A DNA stretch of 64,000 nt from NCBI GenBank assembly GCA_964016885.1, contig OZ024740.1, positions 22,506,001 to 22,570,000 of the forward strand, given 5' to 3'. This document shows positions 13,617 to 25,776 of this stretch, piece after piece (within the stretch, counting starts at the first letter, position 1; the number at the start of each line of letters is the position of its first letter). The translations under genes and the position numbers were made by a program. This stretch comes from Eledone cirrhosa (Eukaryota). The notes under the pieces are model-generated. The model had not been told where the DNA came from, did not search any database, and was given only the letters and a program-made list of their open reading frames with translations.

Positions 13617-16600
13617 CGCTCCCTGCTGTTAGTGGGGGACTGGAATGGAATCCTAGATGCACGTTGGGACTATGTGGGAGCATGTCCCGCTAGAGGGGGG
13701 TGTAACAGCCTCAAACAGTTAATCGGCCGATTTGACCTGGCCGATAGATATCGACTAGATTTTCCGACTGTGCCACTGTGGACGTGGACTAATCGCAGCG
13801 GAACATCTAGATCGTACCTAGATAGGGTTCTAGTTAAAAAGAAGGATAGGGACATGTTAAGCTGTGCACAAATGTTCATGGTTGCCTATTCAGATCACAA
13901 ATTAGTGACCTGCTTAGTCAACCTTGACAAAACCCATAGACAGGGACCCGGCTACTGGAAGCTGAACTTGTCGTTACCGACATGCAAAGCCTACAGTAGA
14001 CGGATTAGCACTTTAGTTAAGCAGCACTTGACGGGGGCCATTGTCAACAACAGATGGTGGTACTCTCTCAAGAGGGCAGTTAGATTAGACTCGATAGGTT
14101 TTAGTAAAGAATTAGTGTTAGATAGAAATAAGACCGAAAAGGAACTGGTAGATAAAGTAGAAGAGACACTTAGAAGTGGCAACGTAGCCAGCGTCCTAGC
14201 GACGAGAACGGCCTTGGACCAGTTCTTCGACGCAAAGCATCAAGGCTGCGTTGTCAGAAGCAAAATACGTGCTCTGGGAAACGAAGGAGCCAAAGCTGTT
14301 AGCTGGGCCCGAGTGACGGAGGCGAAAAGTGGCAACAAGTCCACGATTCGGTCTTTGAAGGGCCAATACGGACGCGTGTACGTGAGCCGAAGAAAATGTG
14401 TGCGGCCTTTCAGCGGCACTTTGCTCAACTGTTCGGGCAGAGCGGCACGCCGGGAGAGGCTATGGATTTCGGTTCATACCTTGACGGCCTACCGCGACTC
14501 TCGGACAGCGAGGCGAAGTTCTGCGAAAGGCCAATTTCGGCCGCTGAGATAGGGGACGCGCTGAGCCAATGCGGCAAACGAAAATCTTCAGGTTTCGACG
14601 GTCTACCCTACGAATTTTACGTAGCAATGTCGGACTTGTTCTCCGGTCTCCTGGAAGCGGTCTACTGCAACTGGCAGCAGAACGGGAGAATTCCCAGTTC
14701 TGTGACCAAGGGCGTAATCACGTTAGTCAGGAAGGACGAGACAAGGGGGATGACATAGGCAACTTCCGGCCCATAACTCTGCCCAACACAGAGTTACAGA
14801 TTTTGGCCAAGGTGTTGGAAAAGAGGCTGGAGCTTGTCGTCGAAAACCTGGTGGGAGAAGCGCAGACATGCACAATCCCGACCAGGTCCATACACGACAA
14901 CCTCCACCTCATGCGATACAGCATAGAGAGGGTAGGGTGTAAGCCCGGCTTCGGTGGGGCCCTGATCAACTTGGATCAGTCTAAGGCTTGCGCTAGGGTT
15001 GACCATCGTTACATGGATGCGGTGTTCGAGGCGGCATGCACAACAGCAACATCTGCTCAAGGGTCAAGGTGAACGGCTACCTCTCGGAGCCGTTCCATAT
15101 CACGCGATCCATCCGACAGGGATGCCCTCTCTCCTCCCTTCTGTACGTACTGACTCTCGAGCCACTACTGCGGAAGTTGGAGCTATTGCAGGGCATCCCT
15201 TTGGAACCGGGACTGCGAAAAGCGGCGTCGGCCTACGCCGACGACATGACAGTAATGGTGTCGAGCACCTCGCAAATCGGGAAGATCGGCACATTACTGG
15301 AGGAATACGAAAGGTTCACAGGAGCGAAGCTGAACCGGGACAAATCCGTCGGTTTGCAACTCGGAACGTGGAGAGGCAAACCGATGCCTTCCAATGACGT
15401 CGTCGGACGCTGGACGGAAGGACCGGTAAAGCTGCTCGGGGTCTGGTTTGGTCCTGACCTCCAGGTAGAGAAGAACTGGAACGAGGTGACGGCCAAGGTG
15501 TTTGCGCTCACCCAGAAGTGGGCCGAGTGCAAACTATCCTTGAAAGGTCGAGCGGGGGTGGCGAACACTTTTATAGCGTCCATCATCTAGTACCGCTTGA
15601 CCGTTGTGCCTTGTCCAGCCAAAACGCTCGCCAAAATGGAGCGCTCGCTCTTCCAATTCCTTTGGAACAAACGGGTTCCTTTGGCCATCACACTTCTAAC
15701 GGCCGGCTGGGGCTGCCGTGGCTGACGATGCGCAAACACGCGCTTAGGCTGCGGCACCTCCACGTATTCCTCACCAGATAACCGGTGTGAGGCGAGCCTT
15801 CCCACGACTCGTCTCGCTGACCGAGCTGCAGTCCTGGGTCAAGAAAAGACCGAGGAAAATGGGCGACTGGCACATTGAATGTGCTCAGGCGCTCACAGTC
15901 CTCTGGCAAACGGACCCGGCGATCAGTGGAGACTCCACTTCGACATTCTATAGGGGGTTGGTCCGCAGAAAGTGTTTCGACACGCTCGGGGAAACTCTAG
16001 GCGTAGAGGAGAACGAACTTGCCAGTCTATTCGGTAGGACCTTCCGCCCGAGACCAATGGACAACTTCCAAAAGTCCCTGGCCTGGCAGTGCTACCGAGG
16101 AGCTCTACCAGTTCTAGACAAACTCTACAGACACGGGTGCCCGGGTAGGGACCCTTCGAAAAAGATCTGTCCGAGATGCGTGCGCGACGAGGAAACCGTC
16201 GCACATGCATTTGTACACTGCCCGGGCGTTACCGACCTGTGGGGCTATGTAGAACGACTATTGTTGCGGGTGGGACCAATCCAGTTGACCACCGAGTCCA
16301 TTGTCATGATCAAACCGCCACCCTCCTTCAAAAACGAGGGAGAGGCGGTTCTCCTATGTGTTATGGCCATGGTGAAAGAGGTTATATGGTGGACGAGATT
16401 AAAAGGGCTGAGGTCAGACACCTTTCTCTCCGGCGAGCAACTGATTCGTTTTTTCAAATATCATTTTGGAAGAAGAATCAGGATGGAGAGAGAGGTGCTG
16501 TACCCCAGCAAATGTTATAAAAGGTGGGTGAATGTGGCAAAGATGGCCCGAGTGATTGGGCCTTCTCTCTATATATGTCTGTAGATTGAGGAAAAAGAGG

Positions 16601-16822
16601 AAGAGAGGAAGGGAGTACTCACTCTTGGTGCTCCTGGAGATGAGGGTTGTACATTTTTTCGGGGTGTGTACAACTCCTGTGTAACGCCTCCCCCCTATTG
16701 GGGATTTCAATTGTTATTTGTTATTTTATTAATAGTTTTATTTTCATATACCTGTATGTAAACTCCCCATTTGTATTTGACCCCTTCTTTTGTGTCCTTG
16801 TGGCTAATAAAGAAATTTATCT
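13617..16822 (+). mobile_element. Tx1 5'-truncated copy E (APE C-half, RT, zf, 3'UTR), decayed
   Basis: ORF pieces 13632-14552, 14569-15072, 15036-15590 and 15787-16584 homologous to copy A. Confidence 0.93.
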
Positions 16823-17127
16823 ATCTGACTTCCATCTCTTACTCTCTCTCCACACACAGTTATATTCACTCCCCCCCCCCCTCTAGTCTTCAGCTAGCCA
16901 GAACGACACATCCTCTTCTGTATTTTAAAGTTTTTCCAACTTTTCTCACAACTAACATAACTCAGTCAAAAGTACGTGATTCGCTAACGTTTCCACCATT
17001 GCAGTCCAGTCCTCCTCCCCCTCCTCCTACCCCTCTACATCTCCTCTTACTCACACTCTTCGCGTCTTTCTTGGCCGCCAGAAACTTCCCCCAATGCCCT
17101 CACAAACAATATAAAACCCCTCTTTAC

Positions 17128-18240
17128 TACCACCACCACCGCCACTATAGACCACCACCGCCACCAACACCACCTCCACCACCACCCCCACCACAACTAT
17201 AGACCACCACCACCACCACCACCACCACCACAACTATAGACCACTACCACCACCACCACTATAGATCACCACCACCACCACCACCACAACTATAGACCAC
17301 CACCACCACCACCACCACAACTATAGACCACCACCACCACCACCACTATAGATCACCACCACCACCACCACCACCACCACAACTATAGACCACCACCACA
17401 ACTATAGACCACCACCACCACCACAACTATAGACCACCATCACCACCACAACTATAGACCACCACCACCACCACCACTATAGATCACCACCACCACCACC
17501 ACCACCAGCACCACAACAATAGACCACCACCACCACCACAACTATAGACCACCACCACCACCACCACTATAGATCACCACCACCACCACCACCACCACCA
17601 CAACAATAGACCACCACCACCACCACAACTATAGACCACCACCACCACCACAACTATAGACCACCACCACCACCACCACTATAGATCACCACCACCACCA
17701 CCACCACCACCACCACAACTATAGACCACCACCACAACTATAGACCACCACCACCACCACAACTATAGACCACCACCACCACAACTATAGACCACAACCA
17801 CCACCACCACTATAGACCACCACCACCACCACCACTATAGATCACCACAACTATAGACCACCACCACCACCACAACTATAGACCACCACCACCACCACCA
17901 CTATAGACCACCACCACCACCACCACTATAGACCACCACCACCACCACCACTATAGATCACCACAACTATAGACCACCACCACCACCACAACTATAGACC
18001 ACCACCACAACTATAGACCACCACCACAACCACAACTATAGACCACCACCACCACCACCACTATAGATCACCACCACCACCACCACCACCACCACAACTA
18101 TAGACCACCACCACCACCACAACTATAGACCACCACCACCACAACTATAGACCACCACCACCACCACTATAGATCACCACCACTATAGATTACCACCACC
18201 ACCACCACTATATACCACCACCACCACCACCACCACCACC
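17128..18240. repeat. minisatellite of (CAC)n blocks punctuated by (AA)CTATAGA
   Basis: Directly visible variable-length units. Confidence 0.95.
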
Positions 18241-18580
18241 TTCTTTTCCACTACATTACCTTCTCTTGTTTCTTTCCTTCCATTCTTCCTTCCTTCCACA
18301 TTTCCTTTCCTTTTACTTCCACTCTCATTGTTCAACGCCATTTTCTCGTGTCTTCAGTCTGAATATTTAGAGGTGCTTTCTTGACATTAGAGAGGTTAGA
18401 GCAGTGTTGGTAATGAAGGATGGGGGTGATGAAGGTTAGAGTGCGGGGACTGTATCAAGGGAGTAGTGGTGGGAGTGAAGGTCAAGCAAACTAAAAACAG
18501 GTCAAAGGCCGTGAGGTCAAGCAAAATGAGCGAGATCCAGAAAGTTTCTTGCTCCACCACCCCGCCTTTCTTCTTGTCAA

Positions 18581-18645
<65 letters not shown>

Positions 18646-19365
18646 CACACACATTTCTACGAATACACACACACACACACATATACGCCCACATTTCTAC
18701 GAACACGCATTCACATAGAGAAGCACACGTATATGCAAACGCTCATTCATACACATACACATACACACGCAGGCATTCACACTCACACACATATAACATT
18801 CATTCATACACATTTACAATCACTCACACATAAACACTACCTTCACAAACGCAAAGTATTCATCCACAACCACACACGCTCATACACATCTACATACACA
18901 TTTACTCAAACACAAACACCCACTCACACACATACACATATACACATTCTCGTATATTCACACTCATTTACTTACACATAAACATACTCAAACATAATAC
19001 ACATTCATTTATACCCACAGACACAGCCGCACACACACACAAGCGCACACACACAGGCGCACACACAGGCATTCTGATTCACACACATTTATACGTACGC
19101 ATTAACACATATACACACAATACATTCACAGCGTCAGTTGTCCGTAAGGAGGAAGTGATTCATATATATATATATACAAACATACACTCACACACACACA
19201 CATATATATATATAGGTATTATATATTTGTATATATATATATATACATACATACACACACTCACACACACACACACATATATATATAGGTATTATATAAT
19301 TGTATATATATATATATACATACATACACACACACACACACATATATATATATAGGTATTATATA

Positions 19366-19396
<31 letters not shown>

Positions 19397-19522
19397 GTAG
19401 GAGGTGAGTTTTATTGTGGTACAATAAAGCAATGCAGATATCGGATAAGAAGCACTCTACAGTTTGTGGGACTGGAGTATGCATAATATAAGATCAAAAG
19501 ATGGTTAAAGGAGTTCCATATA

Positions 19523-19589
19523 TTTTATTATGCGCATTTCAAAAACAAACATCATCAAGCAATAATATTTGTGTTTTCATCAGATAAAA
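19523..19589 (-). ncRNA. minimal type I hammerhead ribozyme (inverted pLTR copy)
   Basis: Reverse complement of 21352-21418. Confidence 0.8.
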
Positions 19590-21351
19590 CAGGAGAACAT
19601 GATATGAAGGCTAAAAAACACTTGTGGATAGTGCAGTTTTAAATCAACATATGAAAAGTGGTTTTAGATTGATGTGTGATATTGGGAAAAATATTTTATT
19701 TAGAGAGGGGGGGGGGGGAGGATGAAAAGGGAAGGAGATGAGAGGGAGAGATGGGTGATAGAGAGAAAGAGATAGTTTTTATAACTGAGAGGAGATATAT
19801 TTTTTACATAGAGAGGTTGAAAACCGTTGGAAGATACTGTATAAATTAAAAATTTTGAAAATTAACGAAGGGAGGATATGTGCGAGGAAAAAATATTTTA
19901 TTTAGGGAGGGGGGGGGAGATGAAAAAAAGGGGGAGGAGATGAGAGTGAAGGTGGAGAGGGAGAGATGGGTGATAGAGAGAAAGAGATAGTTTTTAAAAT
20001 TATAACTAGCACCAATTCCTTCACCTATTTTGGCTCCACTTCCACCTCTTTTAAAGCTCGTCTCTATAATCATCATTCATCTTTCAAATACAAACTTAAA
20101 AGAACTAACACTGCTCTCTCAGAACTCATATGGTCCTTAAAAGACAAAAACATTAAATATACCATCTTTTGGAAGAAGATTTCTTCTGCATCCTCATACT
20201 TGAACAGCTCTCTATCCAAAATCTGTAATCTCTGCCTAAATGAAAAATTTACCATTATCTCTAACCTAGATTCTATAATAAATAGACGCTCAGATTTGTT
20301 TTCTATCTGCCTGCATAAATTCCATAGAACTTTTCACAAAGTATACAGTTAATATTCAATTCTTTATCAATTTAGAATCTTTTCTCAAAGGCACATATAC
20401 ATACACCTCTTTAAAATATACCCATCTACCTTACTTTAAAGGGCATTATACACTCTATAATACTCGTTTACTCATTACCCTCATTCTATCTTCTCGTAAA
20501 ACCATAACATTTGTTATGATTTTACAATATTCATCCGCAATCACTATTATTTTTTTTTTCTCTCTATCATAAATCTTTTTAATCTCAATTTCATCCTTAA
20601 TTTATTATTATTTTTTTCTCCCCATCAACGAACTCATTATTAATACATATTAACTCTTTATTCGCACATATTATCAATATACAAACTTTAACTTCGCATT
20701 ATTTTTCTCAAATCCTTCTACACACAAACCTTAACAATTTTTCTCTTCGCTAATTTTGAAATTGTCACAATACATACATTTCTTCTTTTGACGTTAGAAT
20801 ATTCACCCACAATTATTATTTTTTTCTCTCTATCTTCATACATAATTTCCCTTCGTTAATTTTCAAATTCCTTTAATTTATACATTATCTTCCAACGGTT
20901 CCCAACCTCTCTATATTAAAACAATATATCTTTTTCTCAGTTATAAAAACTATCTCTTTCTCTCTATCACCCATCTCTCCTTCTCCACCTTCACTCTCAT
21001 CTCCTCCCCCTTTTTTTCATCTTCCCCCCCCCCCTCCCTAAATAAAATATTTTTTCCTCGCACATATCCTCCCTTCGTTAATTTTCAAAATTTTTAATTT
21101 ATACAGTATCTTCCAACGGTTTTCAACCTCTCTATGTAAAAAATATATCTCCTCTCAGTTATAAAAACTATCTCTTTCTCTCTATCACCCATCTCTCCCT
21201 CTCATCTCCTTCCCTTTTCATCCTTCCCCCCCCATCTCTAAATAAAATATTTTTCTCAATATCACACATCAATCTAAAACCACTTTTCATATGTTGATTT
21301 AAAACTGCACTATCCACAAGTGTTTTTTAGCCTTCATATCATGTTCTCCTG

Positions 21352-21418
21352 TTTTATCTGATGAAAACACAAATATTATTGCTTGATGATGTTTGTTTTT
21401 GAAATGCGCATAATAAAA
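21352..21418 (+). ncRNA. minimal type I hammerhead ribozyme
   Basis: TTTTAT-CTGATGA-stem II-GAAA-TGCGCA-TA-ATAAAA; stem I pairs and stem III is palindromic. Confidence 0.82.
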
Positions 21419-21521
21419 TATATGGAACTCCTTTAACCATCTTTTGATCTTATATTATATATATATATATATACATACACTCACAGACACACACATATAT
21501 ATATATAGGTATTATATAATT

Positions 21522-21580
<59 letters not shown>

Positions 21581-21631
21581 ATAATTTAATATATCAACTA
21601 ACATAGGCGCACAGATGCACGTCCATGCCAG

Positions 21632-21713
21632 ACTCCCTGATGACGCAATGAATTCTCGACAGTTGGATTATGTAACTGTCTTTATCCCATTGCAGAAACT
21701 AATTAGTTGGAGT
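21632..21713 (+). ncRNA. type I hammerhead ribozyme with branched stem II, in a PLE pLTR fragment
   Basis: ACTCC-CTGATGA-cGCAATG...CATTGCa-GAAA-CTAATTAG-TT-GGAGT. Confidence 0.78.
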
Positions 21714-21780
21714 GAAAATTTAAGTAAGTAAGTAAAAAATTTTTAAAAAATTTTTTTAAAAAATATTTTCTTATTTTACG

Positions 21781-21818
<38 letters not shown>

Positions 21819-22169
21819 GGTGGCTGCCAACTCGTTTTCGAGTACGGCCACTACTTTATATCCATGTAGGAGAGCCCCTACCGATGCGCTGAACGAGTGT
21901 GACTTTTTAGTCCAGCCAGCGACTTGAAAACTTTGGTACAAACACTACACTTGTGACAATTATTGACACATAGTGCTGGGCCCATGGTACCATGTGACGA
22001 CAAGTGCAGAGAGATCTCCAGATATAAAGCAATGCCTGTGCTGTGAAGCTTTTATAGTGAGCAAAGACACTGCACAAAGCCAGTCCCACTCTCTTAACCA
22101 AGATGATATTTACCAAAAAGAAGAACAATTCAACATCATTGGATACCATCAAAGGTTGCAGGTGTTATA

Positions 22170-22427
22170 TCAGAGTTTTCCTTCTCCTAGAATTCTGCCT
22201 TGACAAAGGCTAAGGGGTCATCTCTCCCGGTGATTTTGGATGGCCATTGACTCTTAAGAGCTCCTTTGCCCTTTGACAGGTTTTGTTTTTATTCTTGCAG
22301 GATGTCCAAAGTCACCCTCCTCACCAAGAAACCTTGGTGGGGTTGCCAGTTTAGTCGCCAACGACCCGACCATGAGTCAGGTTGTACTGGGATACATGTT
22401 ACCAGTAGCACCAACTGGTGACCTGAC
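22170..22427 (-). mobile_element. probable RTE-type LINE 5' region
   Basis: Minus strand carries AGCCTTTG..GGCA..TCTAGGAGAAGGAAAACTC, resembling a motif I recall from RTE 5'UTRs; not verified by search. Confidence 0.4.
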
Positions 22428-22991
22428 ATATACACATACATACATACATACACACATATATATATAGGTATTATATAATTGTATATATATATATACATAC
22501 ACACACACACATATATATATAGGTATTATATAATTATATATATATATACATACATACATACACTCACACACATATCCTAAACGGACGGTAGTCCGTTTAG
22601 TAATATTGTTGTGGTCGTGTTTTCGTTGGCAATCGTCTGTTTACGACAGTACAGCGCGGCTCTACTTTATTTAACTGAGATAAAACTTATATGAGCATGA
22701 ACAGTAGATCATTACGCATCTTTTGGCTTAAAAATCTAGAAATTTGGTCCAGCGGGAAAAAGTTTATAATCAAAGTTTGCTGATAAATCTTGTGTTCAAG
22801 TGAGTGAGTAGTAAGCGTGACGCTAGGGGATGTAATCCAGAAATGACGTAGCTTTGTCATTAAGCCAGTTGCCTCAACTAGATTGCAATTATACTCAAAA
22901 GAACTTTAAAATGTCAATCACTTGTCAGTAATTCACTATGATCATTTAATTATTAGATAGTTGTTGCTTGCATTGCCTTAAAAAATAGTAG

Positions 22992-24086
22992 ACCAGATAG
23001 AAAAATGCGTACAGCAAAAGTAAGTAATATTGTTGGAATATAAACCTTTAAAAATACAGGACAAGAAAGTAAAATAAAACTTTAAAAGAATAGGACAAGA
23101 AACTAAGATAAAACTTTAAAAGAATAGGACAAGAAACTAAGATAAAACTTTAAAGAATTGGACAAGAAATAAAAATTTTTACAATAATATTAGTGGCAAC
23201 ATTTTTTTATTCGTTTCCTGTGCTATGCCCCAGTATCTTCTTGATTAGTGCATCATAATTGTCATTCTCTCATTGTGCGTTGCCCCTGAGCGGTTGGTTC
23301 TGGTTGGGGTTGGTTGGCTGAGCAGTTCTGCTCCGTCAGAATGACCATTGCAAGAAGAATTGGCCGATGCAGTTGCCGGTCTCCTCCAAGAATGCACTTC
23401 TTGTTCTGCAACACCAGACGAAGATGGAGAAGACGACCGGGACAAGATGTCGACTCTGACTACCGACTACGGCACCTCCCTCAACCACCGGTCCTCCCTC
23501 CCTCTGTCCCGTCATCCCTCCAGTCCTCCTGCTCCCCCTTTCTGTACCAGAGAGCTGTGGCACGCATTCATCTGGACTGCCGGACTTGAACTCAAGGACA
23601 AGATGCAAGGAGAAGATGGACGGGTTGGTCAAGATCAAGGATGAGCGGGACGACAAGACCGTCCGCTGCTGCTCAAGATCTGGGCTCATGGGCCCATGGG
23701 TCCATTCACATTATGCATGACACATGAGGCGTATCGCCGAATGATGAAATAGGGGTATGGTTATGGCCCAATTGGTGTTCAAACCAGGATCAAATGATCC
23801 CCCCGGTCTGACGACGACCTCTGAATGTGGCACCCAGAGCCTATGAATGTGGAACCCGATTTTTTACCAATAAAAATTTGGCCACTAATATTATTGTAAA
23901 ATTTTTTATTTCTTGTCCAATTCTTTAAAGATTTATCTTAGTTTCTTGTCCTATTCTTTTAAAGTTTTATCTTAGTTTCTTGTCCTATTCTTTTAAAGTT
24001 TTATTTTAGTTTCTTGTCCTGTATTTTTAAAGGTTTATATTCCAACAATATTACTTTTTTTTGCTGTACGCATTTTTCTATCTGGT
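22992..24086. mobile_element. non-autonomous element with ~205-bp terminal inverted repeats containing 34-bp subrepeats
   Basis: 22992-23197 is the reverse complement of 23881-24086; unit AGGACAAGAAACTAAGATAAAACTTTAAAAGAAT. Confidence 0.8.
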
Positions 24087-24381
24087 ATATATATATATAG
24101 GTATTGTATAATTGTATATATATATATATACATACATACACACACACACACACATATATAAGTATTATATAATTGTATATATATATATACATACACACAC
24201 ACATATATATAAGTATTATATAATTGTATATATATATATACATACACACACACATATATATATAGGTATTATATAATTGTATATATATATACATACATAC
24301 ATGCATACACACACACACATATATATATAGGTATTATATAATTGTATATATATATACATACATATACATATATATATATAT

Positions 24382-24550
24382 AGGAACCAGTAAGACCCCG
24401 ACGGCTGAGCTCAAGCCGTTTCGACGGCTAATTCTGGACTGGGCTCAGCCGTCGGGGTCTTACTGGTTCCTATTACCCACTCTACTACCCTAAGTATTGA
24501 GTACTTTGGTGCGTTAAGGTCCACCTGGTTCCTTACCACATTTCATTCGT
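24382..24550 (+). mobile_element. fold-back mini-element family H1, copy 1 (hairpin + ~80-bp tail) in (TA)n
   Basis: GGAACCAGTAAGACCCCGACGGCTGAGC.../...GCTCAGCCGTCGGGGTCTTACTGGTTCC; homologous to 45335, 48944 and 56600. Confidence 0.85.
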
Positions 24551-24656
24551 TATATATATATATATATAGTACGTTATTCCGGGTTGAATCGGAGGTAACC
24601 ACAGTAAGTAAGGTACTCAATACATTGCAGAGTATAAAAGTTTTAATATAGATGAG

Positions 24657-24703
24657 ATTCTACAGGACTAGAACTGTTTAATTCTTTAGAAATCATCAGG
24701 AAT
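24657..24703 (-). ncRNA. degenerate hammerhead (GAAA>TAAA) in a short PLE-end fragment (24570-24705)
   Basis: ATTC-CTGATGA-TTTCTAAAGAAT-TAAA-CAG...CTG-TA-GAAT. Confidence 0.55.
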
Positions 24704-24799
24704 ATATATCTATATCTATATATCTACAATGTTTTCTATACCTTTCATTTATATATATGTATATATATATATGTATATATATGTATATATATATATATG

Positions 24800-24880
<81 letters not shown>

Positions 24881-24898
24881 ATATGTATATATATATGC

Positions 24899-24944
<46 letters not shown>

Positions 24945-24961
24945 ATATGTATATATATATG

Positions 24962-25010
<49 letters not shown>

Positions 25011-25012
25011 GA

Positions 25013-25064
<52 letters not shown>

Positions 25065-25162
25065 GTGTATATATATATGTGTATACATATATATATATGT
25101 GTATATATATATGTGTATACATATATATATATACATATATATATATACATATATATATATAT

Positions 25163-25205
<43 letters not shown>

Positions 25206-25776
25206 TATACATATATATATATGGTATAAACGTTTGAATATGTGTAATAAGGCCAAGACAATGCAGGTATGGAAATAGAAAAAAGAATGCAATAGTGAAA
25301 GATATTGATGTGAATTCGACTTTCACCTTGAATTTATTTAAATGTCCTTAATTTTCGAGATAATATCTCTTCTTCGGAGGGAAGTAAAGGTCTCAAACCA
25401 GCGTCTTTAAATCTCTAGCCAAGCCATGCTGACCGGAAATAGTATAGAGTATCTGTTCTAACTCTAATATCAAAGAATTAAAATTAGGTGGATAAAGAGT
25501 AGTCTCCCTTTAAGAGGGGTTTGTTTAGGTTTTTTTTTTTTTTTTTTTTTTTAAATTTTATATACGTGCCTGTATATGTGTGTGGGAGAATGCATGAAGG
25601 TGTAGGTATATGGGTGTGTGTGTGTGAGTGTGGGAAGATAGGTCTAATCGTAAAAGTGGGGGGTAGGTGTTATCTGGTGTCAGAACTGGTTTTGTGTGTG
25701 TATGTGTGAGAGAGAATAAGTGGAGGTGTGCGCGTGCGTGTGTGTGGGGTGTGTAAAAATGGGGCTAGAGGCCCTA

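Larger units (their letters stand above)
19398..21458 (+). mobile_element. Naiad-type Penelope-like element, 5'-truncated with inverted pseudo-LTR
   Basis: GIY-YIG C-terminal fragment at ~19997-20352 (TYFGST..CNLCLNEK..INRRSDL..CLH); 19398-19995 is the reverse complement of the 3' end plus tail; same family as 36931-40201. Confidence 0.88.
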
